This document shows, piece after piece, positions 43,385-52,475 of a stretch of 64,000 nt of DNA. The first letter of the stretch is position 1. Each line of letters opens with the position of its first letter. The position numbers and the translations under genes are program-made. The notes beneath the pieces are model-generated. The model did no database searches, was not told the origin of the DNA, and saw only the letters and a list, made by a program, of their open reading frames with translations. Source of the stretch: an uncultured virus (IMG/VR IMGVR_UViG_3300020459_000007) (lineage: Duplodnaviria; Heunggongvirae; Uroviricota; Caudoviricetes); the IMG/VR virus record IMGVR_UViG_3300020459_000007; one strand, 5' to 3'.

Positions 43385-45586
43385 TTATGCGATACGTGAG
43401 ATGAAGGATGATAGGATCTTCTTGTTCATCTTCTTACCTTTAAGAGACTTAGTGAATGCTCTCTTGATGTCTGCCTTGGTGTAATCCTCTTTCTCGATCT
43501 CAAACTCAGCATCATTGTTGAGTGCAGAGACTGCCATAGCATACTGTACGGTGTATGCAGAAGATAAGCATATGAAAGATCTAGTCTTCTTCCACTCTCT
43601 GTCTGCTTCTGCCCATGCTTGATCGTTACCTTCACCATACTCATAACCTAAGCAACCACGCTTAAATCTGTACCAGTCATTACCTGCAACAAGACGGATG
43701 TTCATGAACTCACACTGAGGAAATCTGTCACGTAGTTGGTAGATGAATGTGTCTGTCTGGTTGTACTGGTCATTAGTAAATGAATACTGTTTACCAGTTT
43801 GACGGTCACGTAGTCTGGTTGATGCGTTGCAGTTTCTACCGATGAATGATACTGAACCATCATATTGTGAAACAACCTTCTTACCAAACTTTAGTGTGAA
43901 ACCTTCGCCATCAGTTAGATTGATAACGTGAACTTTTTGTGAACCAGTTCTCTTTTGGAACTCAGGAATGATATGGTTTAGAGCAACAGTTGCTTCATTC
44001 AATGGAGTACCACCTAAGTTTAGTCCGTGAGGAATACCACAACTGTAGTACCCTCTGAAACTACTTGCAAGACGGAATAAGTTGTGTGCCTGTTTGTCAT
44101 GAGATCTATTGTTGCTGCTACTTGTAAGTACATTAAGCATACGGAAGTCACGTAGGATAACCTTACCCTCAGTGCTTGGATCTTCATGATACTTATGCTG
44201 ATCCTTCTCAAAGTTATCGGAGAAGAGGTATACATCATAAGCAATACCAACCTTACGACAGAATGATACTAGTGTAAGTACTTGCTTGATTGTATCAAGG
44301 ATACAGTTGGACATAGAACCAGACCAATCAACATTAAAGATTAATCCGTGGTTCTTACCATCAGGTACAGTAGTTACTTTTCTGAAAAGATCATCGTTGT
44401 ACTTGTAGGTATGAAGTTTTGCTGTATTAAGAACACCAGTTCTAGAAACAGTAGCACGAGCATAACTGTCTGCTGACTTCTTCATCTCAAACTCTTTAAC
44501 CATGTAGTTGACTTCTTTGTTTTGTGACATTTTGAATTTTCTGAAGTCAGCATCTGCTTCGCTTAAGTTTTTAGTGTACTCTCTTGCCATGTGCATGTCA
44601 TACTGATCTGCAAAGTCTTTTTGATTTGCAAGGTTTTCTTTCTCTACGTAGAAATTATTTGCAATGTCACTAACTTCTTTGTTAGATATGAAGTACTTAC
44701 TGCTGATAGTCTTAGGTAACTCTACGTAGTCATATTCCTGTGCTTCAGTATTAGCAAGATTTTTAAGTGCATCATTCAAAGCATCCATAGTTTCTACAGT
44801 TGGATCGAACTCTGTTGGTTCACCTGAGTTTCTACCTGCATCTACAGCACCACCTGTATTCTCAGGAGTATCAGATGCAGATGGATTTGCTGCAGTACCT
44901 TCTCCCTCTCCTTCTTCTTCTGACTTAGGTTGACCTTTACCTGTAGATAGATCTTCTAAAGGATTGCCTTCCTCAAGACCATTACCTTCTCCAGATGGAA
45001 CTGCTACTGGATCACCCTCACCCTCAGTCTGTTGCTGCTGTTGCTTATCAAACTGATCTTTCATGTAAGCATGTATCTCTTTAGCAAGTGCAACTGCATC
45101 GTCAAATGTTTCTAGTGCATCACACTTAGGAAGGAATACACTCTCCTCATCTGAGAAAGAAACATCAGTGAAGTTACCTACCTTGTACTGTATGTTTAAT
45201 CTGTCTACAAGACTTAGACTATCAACACCACGCTCATTGATCTGGAAGAAGTCATCTGCTGCAAGTTGCTTGTAACCTTGAAAGAATGTCTTAGCAATAC
45301 CCTCGTATCTACGCTTCATCAACTTCTCAATACGAATGTCCTCACACAAATTAACATAAGGCATTGGAACCTCCTCAAGGAAAGACCAGTCATTAGGAGT
45401 GTATAGTGCATGACCTACCTCATGTGCAATCAATGCATCTATGACCTGAGTTTTGTCATGCTCCCAGTTAGGTAAGGTTAGTATTCTATTCTCTACGTCA
45501 AACTGTGCAGTGTCAACACTTCTAGTCTCAACGATAAGGTCTTCTGTAGCGAGTAGTTTAGCGAGTGATTCTTTAACGAGGTTCAT
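43385..45586 (-). CDS. HExxH metallopeptidase-like + acidic linker + VWA protein (CobT-like partner of the AAA ATPase)
   Basis: AHEVGHALYT...EDIRIE; Glu/Gly linker; MIDAS DWSGS, GGTP, TDGE. Confidence 0.85.
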   Translation of the reverse strand: MNLVKESLAKLLATEDLIVETRSVDTAQFDVENRILTLPNWEHDKTQVIDALIAHEVGHALYTPNDWSFLEEVPMPYVNLCEDIRIEKLMKRRYEGIAKTFFQGYKQLAADDFFQINERGVDSLSLVDRLNIQYKVGNFTDVSFSDEESVFLPKCDALETFDDAVALAKEIHAYMKDQFDKQQQQQTEGEGDPVAVPSGEGNGLEEGNPLEDLSTGKGQPKSEEEGEGEGTAANPSASDTPENTGGAVDAGRNSGEPTEFDPTVETMDALNDALKNLANTEAQEYDYVELPKTISSKYFISNKEVSDIANNFYVEKENLANQKDFADQYDMHMAREYTKNLSEADADFRKFKMSQNKEVNYMVKEFEMKKSADSYARATVSRTGVLNTAKLHTYKYNDDLFRKVTTVPDGKNHGLIFNVDWSGSMSNCILDTIKQVLTLVSFCRKVGIAYDVYLFSDNFEKDQHKYHEDPSTEGKVILRDFRMLNVLTSSSNNRSHDKQAHNLFRLASSFRGYYSCGIPHGLNLGGTPLNEATVALNHIIPEFQKRTGSQKVHVINLTDGEGFTLKFGKKVVSQYDGSVSFIGRNCNASTRLRDRQTGKQYSFTNDQYNQTDTFIYQLRDRFPQCEFMNIRLVAGNDWYRFKRGCLGYEYGEGNDQAWAEADREWKKTRSFICLSSAYTVQYAMAVSALNNDAEFEIEKEDYTKADIKRAFTKSLKGKKMNKKILSSFISRIA

Positions 45587-45756
45587 GTCAGTTGTGTGTC
45601 TATACTATTAATTATACTAAAAAACCGCCCCTTGGGACGGTTGAGTAGACACTTTGTCAACTGGTTTCTTCTGGCACGTGCTTGTCGCAATGCTTGTGGT
45701 TTTAGATGGCGTTTCTTTTCCTTCTTGGAATGATGCTGCCAATTAGGTACCTTCAT
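45583..45756 (-). CDS. 57-aa basic peptide (MKVPNWQHHSKKEKKRHLKPQALRQARARR...)
   Basis: Manual translation; ATGA overlaps at both ends. Confidence 0.6.
   Translation of the reverse strand: MKVPNWQHHSKKEKKRHLKPQALRQARARRNQLTKCLLNRPKGRFFSIINSIDTQLT
45611..45664 (-). promoter_or_regulatory. Cyanomyovirus early-type promoter (second copy)
   Basis: CCAGTTGACAAAGTGTCTAC TC AACCGTCCC-AAG-GGGCGGTT TTTTAG TATAAT. Confidence 0.65.
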
Positions 45757-46364
45757 AGGATCAATCCAAATACTATAGAGTATCTATACATATACTCTTT
45801 TGTGGGACCTAGTCCTCTATGTGGATAGTGTGATGGAAAGACTATGATCCTACCAGGAACATATTCATACTCCTCTAGCATTTCTGATCTGTCCTCAGAA
45901 AAGATTTGGAATTTACCACCCCATTCTTTTTCCCATATCGGGTTCGGCATTACCATTATAGTATGCTGAGAGCGATCTGTGGGACCATTGCTGTCAATAT
46001 GTAACGTTCCGTCACATCCACTGTGTTGGAGGTTTACATCTATCCTGTTCAGATATACACGTGTGCTGTCAAGATTTTTTATTCTACAGAGAAACTCAAA
46101 CATCTTAAAGAAGGTAGGAGCATTCTCGTTATCCAAATATGATATGATATTGGGATGATGTCTTGCAAAGATTGTAGATCCAAATAATCTATGACTACCT
46201 TCCTGATGGTATGGCCATGTGGTTGCATTAGCAACGTTACATGCTCTATATCTTAACTTACCTTGAAGGGTAGCAAAGATATCATGGAGATATTTTGGAT
46301 CGAATTTATTATCGTATACTTCAGCAAGCACTATCTTTCTTAAATGTAATCTGGTTGCCACCAC
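45753..46364 (-). CDS. 2OG-Fe(II) oxygenase (prolyl-hydroxylase-like)
   Basis: GTLHID...WEKEWGG...PGRIIVFPSHYPHRG...RYSIVF; true start may be GTG at 46331. Confidence 0.85.
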   Translation of the reverse strand: MVATRLHLRKIVLAEVYDNKFDPKYLHDIFATLQGKLRYRACNVANATTWPYHQEGSHRLFGSTIFARHHPNIISYLDNENAPTFFKMFEFLCRIKNLDSTRVYLNRIDVNLQHSGCDGTLHIDSNGPTDRSQHTIMVMPNPIWEKEWGGKFQIFSEDRSEMLEEYEYVPGRIIVFPSHYPHRGLGPTKEYMYRYSIVFGLIL

Positions 46365-46749
46365 CTAGATTAGCAGTCCATGTTGTATTGTGATGGAAGT
46401 GTTCTAAGATGTGATCTAACTTATGGTTGATTGCATCTATCTTACCAATCATATCAAGTCTATCCTGTCTTGCCCAGTCATGCTCTGCATAAGTATCAGG
46501 ATGAAGTCCACCATTTAAACTAACGTGACCAGTCATCCCATTTTGAAGTGGAGCTCCTTGATAGTTCATTGGAGGTTTGGATGGATTATCCCCTAGACCT
46601 GACTCAAATAAATGCTGTTGATCTTCGGGTACATCTGTACCTGTTGTCTGTGCTGTTTCAGATTCGGATGTGATATCTTTACCAGGCACCGCACCTGATG
46701 ATGTCATTACGTGTTTTCCTCCATGAGGAACGTCGTTGTAAACTGTCAT
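46321..46749 (-). CDS. Hypothetical protein
   Basis: ORF starts 2 nt after the gp46 stop. Confidence 0.65.
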   Translation of the reverse strand: MTVYNDVPHGGKHVMTSSGAVPGKDITSESETAQTTGTDVPEDQQHLFESGLGDNPSKPPMNYQGAPLQNGMTGHVSLNGGLHPDTYAEHDWARQDRLDMIGKIDAINHKLDHILEHFHHNTTWTANLGGGNQITFKKDSAC

Positions 46750-46750
46750 G

Positions 46751-48466
46751 TTATTCTTCCTTTGAAATTACTGAGAAGTTTTGTTTCTTCTCAACCTTTA
46801 GAGTTGCTGCAAATCTGTCTTGTAATGATTCTGTTTTATGAGAGATCACAAAGACATTAGTACTGTCGGATACAGTATGTAGTATCTTGAGAAAATCATC
46901 TGTACCTGATGTATCTAAACTACTGTCAAAGATCTCATCTAAGATCAGCAGATTAGTATTAGCACTGTTCTTCATCTTGGCAATAGTTCTCCAAGTGAAT
47001 AGTAGAGCAAGGTCAATCCTCATCTTCTCCCCTTCAGAAAAAGAAGAGTAAGTAAACTCATCTCTAAACCTTGACTTGATAGTCTCCTCAAAGTTTTCAT
47101 TGAGATCAAATGATACGTAGAAATCTAATTCTTTAAGATACCTGTTGACCAACTGGTTCATGACTGGGAGATACTTCTTGATGATGACTGATTTGATACC
47201 ACTATCCCTGAGCATATTAGAAACGACATCGTAGTCATCTCTTTGTTTCTTAGTGTCAAGTAGGGATTCCCCTACCTTCATACCATCAGCAGCAATTTCT
47301 TTTAATCTTTCTTTCTCTTTCTTAAGACTACCAGATGCACCTGTGTCAATTTTATCTTCTATTTGTTTTATCTGTTTCTTCTTCCATTGTATTTCTTTAT
47401 TGCAACTACTAATTCTCTCATTGATTTCTCTGAGTTCATTCATTACAATATTTCTTTCACTGACCTTCTCTAGTATGATGTCCAGTTTCTGTTGAAGTGC
47501 TGCGGATGCATCATCTAATTCTTTTAGAGAAACGTTTATAACTTTCTTCTTGTCGTGTTTTAATTCTTCTGTAATTGCTTGGCGACATGTAGGACAGGTA
47601 TCATTCTTATCAAAGAACTTATACTCTTTATCAAAAGCTTTCTTCTTAGTTTTAAATCTGTCTTGGAATACAAGGAGTTCTGTTTGCTCCTTATCTAGAT
47701 CACCATATGCTTCTAAGCTTTTTTCTTTAGACGAGAGTTCTCCCAATCCCTTTGTAACTGCATCATTTGTGCTAGAGATTTCTCCTTCAAGATCTTTGAT
47801 CTCTCCTTTTCGTCTGGAGGTATTTGCATTTGATTGCTCCTGTAAATTAGCAATAAGGTTTTGTTGCATCTCAACCTTGTTCTTAGCAAGGTCAACTTTG
47901 TACTCACATTCTCTAAGTGATTCTCTTACAACTTTTGCCTTCTCCCTCAGTAAAGAATTCATAGTAGAGAAGATACGAATATCTAGGAGATCTTCAATAA
48001 CCTCTCTACGGTTGGGGGGTGTAAGTTGCATGAAAGGAACAAAGCAAGATGATCCTAAGATCACCACCTGAGTAAATGATTTATAATTCAACCTCAGTAT
48101 ACTCTGCTCCAGATGCTTTTGCTGCTCGTTCATCGCTGCTTCTTGTGAAAGCATTTTACCATTGAGATAGATTTCAAACACCGTAGGTTTAAATCCACGA
48201 CGTATCATATAGTCACGAGAACCAATACTAAATTCTATCTCGACGAGCAGATCCTTTTCGTTGACTGCGTTAACCAGTTGCGTTTTGGTTATCTTACGAA
48301 AAGGTTTGTTGAATAAACCAAAACAGATAGCATCCAAGAATGTGGATTTACCTGCACCGTTTGATCCAACTATCAGAGTAGCAGGACTTGCATCAAGTCT
48401 TATTTCACTATAAACATTACCAGTTGAAAGAAAGTTCTTCCAACGTACAGACTTAAACAAAATCAT
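46751..48466 (-). CDS. gp46: Recombination endonuclease ATPase subunit (T4 gp46, Rad50/SbcC-like)
   Basis: GSNGAGKS, CPTC hook, FSEGE, LILDEIFD, ISH. Confidence 0.97.
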   Translation of the reverse strand: MILFKSVRWKNFLSTGNVYSEIRLDASPATLIVGSNGAGKSTFLDAICFGLFNKPFRKITKTQLVNAVNEKDLLVEIEFSIGSRDYMIRRGFKPTVFEIYLNGKMLSQEAAMNEQQKHLEQSILRLNYKSFTQVVILGSSCFVPFMQLTPPNRREVIEDLLDIRIFSTMNSLLREKAKVVRESLRECEYKVDLAKNKVEMQQNLIANLQEQSNANTSRRKGEIKDLEGEISSTNDAVTKGLGELSSKEKSLEAYGDLDKEQTELLVFQDRFKTKKKAFDKEYKFFDKNDTCPTCRQAITEELKHDKKKVINVSLKELDDASAALQQKLDIILEKVSERNIVMNELREINERISSCNKEIQWKKKQIKQIEDKIDTGASGSLKKEKERLKEIAADGMKVGESLLDTKKQRDDYDVVSNMLRDSGIKSVIIKKYLPVMNQLVNRYLKELDFYVSFDLNENFEETIKSRFRDEFTYSSFSEGEKMRIDLALLFTWRTIAKMKNSANTNLLILDEIFDSSLDTSGTDDFLKILHTVSDSTNVFVISHKTESLQDRFAATLKVEKKQNFSVISKEE

Positions 48467-48475
48467 TTAGACAAA

Positions 48476-48733
48476 TTATTCCCTAGGGGGTACTACTATA
48501 TCATCAGGAGTGACAACATAATATTCATGACCGCTAGTGACACAAGCTTGAATAATCTCACGATCATCCACCTCTACCACTGACATATCTGGAAAGTTAT
48601 CAGCTTCCAGAAGTCCAGCATAGCGTACTGCGTCGTCTTTGTCAAGGAACATGTAAACTAATTGGTTACTTTCACCTTTAACAGAGTAGGCACCTTCCTT
48701 TTCTTTGCCTGTCACTGCTAGAATATACATCAA
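48476..48733 (-). CDS. Conserved hypothetical protein
   Basis: EGAY...DDAVRYAGLLEA...TPDDIVVPP, between gp47 and gp46. Confidence 0.75.
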   Translation of the reverse strand: MMYILAVTGKEKEGAYSVKGESNQLVYMFLDKDDAVRYAGLLEADNFPDMSVVEVDDREIIQACVTSGHEYYVVTPDDIVVPPRE

Positions 48734-49776
48734 ACGATCTCCAGTGCTTCCACATATAAGGTTTTAAGAATGGATTTAAGTGCAGGTTTGTCTTTATACT
48801 CTATCTCATCAACATATTTGTCAAGGATAGTAAGGGTATCTTCCTTTTCAATATCAATCTCTTCACTTAGATCTTGCTCAAAGGATGGATCCTCGATGAC
48901 TTTGATCTCATGTACACCAGCAGCATATAGTTGACTGATGAAGAACTCAAATTTATCTGTGTCCTTTTTCTTTTCTACAATGATCTTGACAAAATTTTCT
49001 GTGTAATCTGTATACTTAAACTTGCTACTATTTAACTGATCTTCATTGTAGTATATTTTCTGATAGACGCTATAAGGGTTCGGTATAAACTCCAATTCTT
49101 TAGTTTCAGTATCAAATATATGGAAACCACGTTTACAATTGTAGTCATTCCAATAGATCTGGTATGGATTACCTAGGTATGTTATGTTTTCTCTGGTGCT
49201 TCTTTGGTGATAGTGACCTGAGAATACCTTTTCAAATTTTCTATAGGGAGAAGTAGCAGCACCATGATCCATGATGTAACCTCTGTGTGCTTCAAATCCA
49301 TTGAGTTCTAGGTGTCCCATTGCTACTGGACACTTACTCTTTGCTATTAGATCATATGTCTCATCATGATTCTCTTCATTGATCCAAGGTATGAATAGAA
49401 TAGGTAGTCCACCTATCTCTACCTCAGTTGCTTTACTGTATATTGTTACGTTATCATACTCTCCAACTGTAGTTACGAGAGTGTTTACTAGATTAGTATT
49501 CTTAAAATATGCTGTGTGGTTTCCTACTAAGGCATGAACTTGTACTCCCATGTCCTTTAGTACATCAAAATAATTATGGGTTGCCCACTGTGCTGCCCAT
49601 ATATCTAAGTTCCTACGGTTATCAAATGTATCTCCTAGGTCTAGAACCGTGTCGATGCCACGTTTTTTTAGGGTAGGAAAGAATACATTTCTATAGAATT
49701 TTTTAAAGAAGTCATGAAATATTCGACTAGACTTCCTTGCACCGAAGTGCTGATCTGTTATTATAGCAATCTTCAC
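48730..49776 (-). CDS. gp47: Recombination endonuclease nuclease subunit (T4 gp47, Mre11-like)
   Basis: TDQHFG, LGDTFD, VGNH, SGHYH. Confidence 0.96.
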   Translation of the reverse strand: MKIAIITDQHFGARKSSRIFHDFFKKFYRNVFFPTLKKRGIDTVLDLGDTFDNRRNLDIWAAQWATHNYFDVLKDMGVQVHALVGNHTAYFKNTNLVNTLVTTVGEYDNVTIYSKATEVEIGGLPILFIPWINEENHDETYDLIAKSKCPVAMGHLELNGFEAHRGYIMDHGAATSPYRKFEKVFSGHYHQRSTRENITYLGNPYQIYWNDYNCKRGFHIFDTETKELEFIPNPYSVYQKIYYNEDQLNSSKFKYTDYTENFVKIIVEKKKDTDKFEFFISQLYAAGVHEIKVIEDPSFEQDLSEEIDIEKEDTLTILDKYVDEIEYKDKPALKSILKTLYVEALEIV

Positions 49777-50861
49777 TTTAGTTGTTGCTCCAGTACATCG
49801 TAGTACTCTTCAGTTGCATCAATGGGAATGGTATACATTCCTCTGTGTTCACGTTCAATCTCAATTATGGTTCCAAACTGTCCTTTCACAGTATACCCTA
49901 AGTTTTGGAATAGGTCAACCGCCCTTACTACTATGTCTCTATGCTTCTTCATAAGGAGTTCATCTTCTAAGATTTTAATGTATGCAAGACAACTTAAGAT
50001 ACCTGGTAAACTGAAACTGTAAGTAAATCCATGCTCCCACTCAAACCTTCTAGGTAGTGCGTCATGTATCGTGTCATTATATAATGCAATACTTAATGGG
50101 AAGTATCCTCCTGTGATTGCTTTACCCATTGTGAAGATGTCAGGTTCAATTGGGAGTTTCTTCCATCCCACAAAGTTACCTGTCTTCCCTCCTCCTGTCA
50201 TGATGTCATCTACTATTAGTACAACACCCTTCTTCTGTATCTGTAAGATATTATTCCAGAACCTTTCACTATGAGGTTTGATGCCATTGGCATAGGGACA
50301 ACTCTCTACCACTACACACATAACATTATCCCAGTTGTAATGATCCACATAGAAGTCAACTGGTAGTCTTAGTATATGCTGATATGGTTTCATGGTATAT
50401 GGATCATTTAACATACTATCACCCATACTCTGAGTGAGCAGAGTTGATCCATGGTAACTATCTTTAAATGTAACTATACCATTACGTTGAGGTTGACCTA
50501 TTTGCTTCTGATATGCACTAGCAAGTTTGACTGCTCCTTCCATTGCGTCACTACCACTCAAGGAGAATATACTTCTATATCCTGTAATACCCTTGAGCAT
50601 CTTTGCTAGTTTCCATGTAGCATTGTTCAACTTAATAGGTTGAGCATCAAAGAAGTTCTCAGCTACCTCTGGTTTAATGCACATATTATTATGCACATAG
50701 TTCATGATCTCCATACGACCATACCCTAATGTATAGCAACCAAGATTTAACATAGGGTCTATGGACTTCTTACCATCTATGGACATTCTTCCATAGTCCC
50801 AACCATACTCTTGCTCGCCCACGTTTTTTTGGGGACCTGTTATTAATCCTGGATATCTCAT
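49773..50861 (-). CDS. Class III PLP-dependent aminotransferase
   Basis: SGSDAMEGAVK, SYHGST, DDIMTGGGKTG, PDIFTMGKAITGGYFPLS, HGFTYS. Confidence 0.9.
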   Translation of the reverse strand: MRYPGLITGPQKNVGEQEYGWDYGRMSIDGKKSIDPMLNLGCYTLGYGRMEIMNYVHNNMCIKPEVAENFFDAQPIKLNNATWKLAKMLKGITGYRSIFSLSGSDAMEGAVKLASAYQKQIGQPQRNGIVTFKDSYHGSTLLTQSMGDSMLNDPYTMKPYQHILRLPVDFYVDHYNWDNVMCVVVESCPYANGIKPHSERFWNNILQIQKKGVVLIVDDIMTGGGKTGNFVGWKKLPIEPDIFTMGKAITGGYFPLSIALYNDTIHDALPRRFEWEHGFTYSFSLPGILSCLAYIKILEDELLMKKHRDIVVRAVDLFQNLGYTVKGQFGTIIEIEREHRGMYTIPIDATEEYYDVLEQQLK

Positions 50862-51511
50862 CTCGACCTCTGTAGTGGTGGGATCTTACCTGTCATCCCC
50901 ATACCAAAAAAGTTTAAAGTTAGACGTTCCTTAGTGCCAAATGTCTTAACACCATGGTGGGTCTTGTTATTGAACAGGACAAATCTATTATAAACATTCG
51001 TTACCATCACAGACTCCTCGTACTGTTGATGTGCATTCTCCCATGCTGCTTTATATTCTTCCACATCTATATCCTCACCTCTATAGTGAGCTTCCTTCAT
51101 CTTAATTTCTTTAGGGTATTGCCATCCATACCCATTCTTTGCTTTATAAAGTGACGTTCCTGTGTCTGGATCAGGATCTTTTGTCAAGTATACTATACCA
51201 CCGTAGTGTGTATCAATGTCTTGATGAACCCATCCTCTATTAAGTGGACTGTACTGGTCTTCTGAAAATGGTTGTATCTTCTGAAAATGCAGTTGCATAT
51301 TCCAGTACTCAGGTACGTTCTCGTAGAAAAGGAGATGTAACTTCTCACCGAAGTAATTAAAAAACCTCTCGTTCACTAGGTGAAGGAGCTTAGTTCTTTC
51401 ACCTGGCCAGTTACCACGGTCAGGTGGATAGTACTTTAGTTCATTAGCCATTGCTACAATGGCATCAGGATCCTCAAAGAAATCATCAACAATTACAATT
51501 GGATATGTCAC
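50858..51511 (-). CDS. 2OG-Fe(II) oxygenase (DUF6445-like)
   Basis: IVDDFF.DP...WPGERT...GWVHQD...YL...GTSLY...YNR...HHG...RLTLNFF. Confidence 0.82.
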   Translation of the reverse strand: MTYPIVIVDDFFEDPDAIVAMANELKYYPPDRGNWPGERTKLLHLVNERFFNYFGEKLHLLFYENVPEYWNMQLHFQKIQPFSEDQYSPLNRGWVHQDIDTHYGGIVYLTKDPDPDTGTSLYKAKNGYGWQYPKEIKMKEAHYRGEDIDVEEYKAAWENAHQQYEESVMVTNVYNRFVLFNNKTHHGVKTFGTKERLTLNFFGMGMTGKIPPLQRSR

Positions 51512-51981
51512 TTAATTCTTATTTCTACGTTCTCCTTAATGGTATTATAGTCTGAATGTGCTGTCTTGTCATCCGTATGGAAGACCTGATCGTATCCTGA
51601 CTTAGTTAGTATCTTGTTCTTTATCTCCAACTGTCTCTTCTCTTTCTGTATGCGTCTTAGGAAGGCATAGTAAATGATCTGAGTGAAGTAAGCAAAGGGG
51701 TTCTTAGATTTCTCTGGATTAAAGTTCTCTATGTATTGTACACAGTTTTCAATGCCATCACAGATCATGTCCTCACGGAACATGTAGTTGACAAAGTTTG
51801 GTTTGTATGATAGGTGTGTAGCGATCTTTAAAAAACATCCTCCAATGTAGTTGCTGATTTGAGGACGCTGTTCGCCCTTCTCCTTTGCAACAGCACACTT
51901 GTCCTTAAAAACAATGAGTGCTTCAAGGAACTCTTTATTGTTTACGTAATGCTCACTCTGTACCTTCCTTCTGACGGCCAT
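51508..51981 (-). CDS. gp55: Late transcription sigma factor (T4 gp55)
   Basis: HYVNNKEF...NFVNY...DMICDG...NPFAYFTQI; AGGAG SD before MAVRR. Confidence 0.96.
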   Translation of the reverse strand: MAVRRKVQSEHYVNNKEFLEALIVFKDKCAVAKEKGEQRPQISNYIGGCFLKIATHLSYKPNFVNYMFREDMICDGIENCVQYIENFNPEKSKNPFAYFTQIIYYAFLRRIQKEKRQLEIKNKILTKSGYDQVFHTDDKTAHSDYNTIKENVEIRIK

Positions 51982-52002
51982 ATTATATCTCCTTATGTAT
52001 AC

Positions 52003-52031
52003 ATTGTATACCATTTTGACCCAAATAGCAA
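52003..52031 (-). promoter_or_regulatory. Sigma70-like promoter for gp55 (TTGCTA-17-TACAAT)
   Basis: -35 at 52026-52031, -10 at 52003-52008. Confidence 0.6.
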
Positions 52032-52038
52032 GGGGGGC

Positions 52039-52067
52039 TTGACAAGTGTTTCATTTTTGTGTACACT
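52039..52067 (+). promoter_or_regulatory. Divergent (antisense) sigma70-like promoter TTGACA-17-TACACT
   Basis: Exact -35, 17-nt spacer, TG extended element; no + strand gene downstream. Confidence 0.5.
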
Positions 52068-52093
52068 ACGAGTGTGCGAGTTCAAGGGATGCT

Positions 52094-52474
52094 TTAGCTA
52101 TTGAATATATTATCCAGTTTAATACGAGCTTCCTCTACAGTAGACAGTCTACCAGAAGCATCTGATATAGTATCACCATTGAGTCTCCTTAGAGACATGG
52201 CATAGAATATCTGAACCTCTGTATCAACTTCTACCACGGTGATTACCTTATCCTTAGGGATGAGAAATTCCTCCTCGCGTGAAAATTTCATCCAAGGCGA
52301 CACCTTTGCACCTGCTTTATTCCCTGTCAAGACGACTTCTTCGATCTCGATAGGGTTTTGTACTATCATGTAATCCCCATTCTCATCATGTACATGCTCA
52401 GTCACTGCAAGAATTTCTTCTCCTGATACCAATTTGATTGCTGCGAGGAATTCGACCTTCTTTTGTTCTTCCAT
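52094..52474 (-). CDS. Conserved hypothetical protein (Sm-like; IKLVSGEEI...PWM)
   Basis: Motif pattern and position between uvsW and gp55. Confidence 0.78.
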   Translation of the reverse strand: MEEQKKVEFLAAIKLVSGEEILAVTEHVHDENGDYMIVQNPIEIEEVVLTGNKAGAKVSPWMKFSREEEFLIPKDKVITVVEVDTEVQIFYAMSLRRLNGDTISDASGRLSTVEEARIKLDNIFNS

Positions 52475-52475
52475 G

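Noticed and set aside
45029..45044. CAG/CAA run (QQQQQ) and Gly/Thr runs in exported or structural genes
   Set aside because: Ordinary low-complexity coding sequence, too short for a contingency locus
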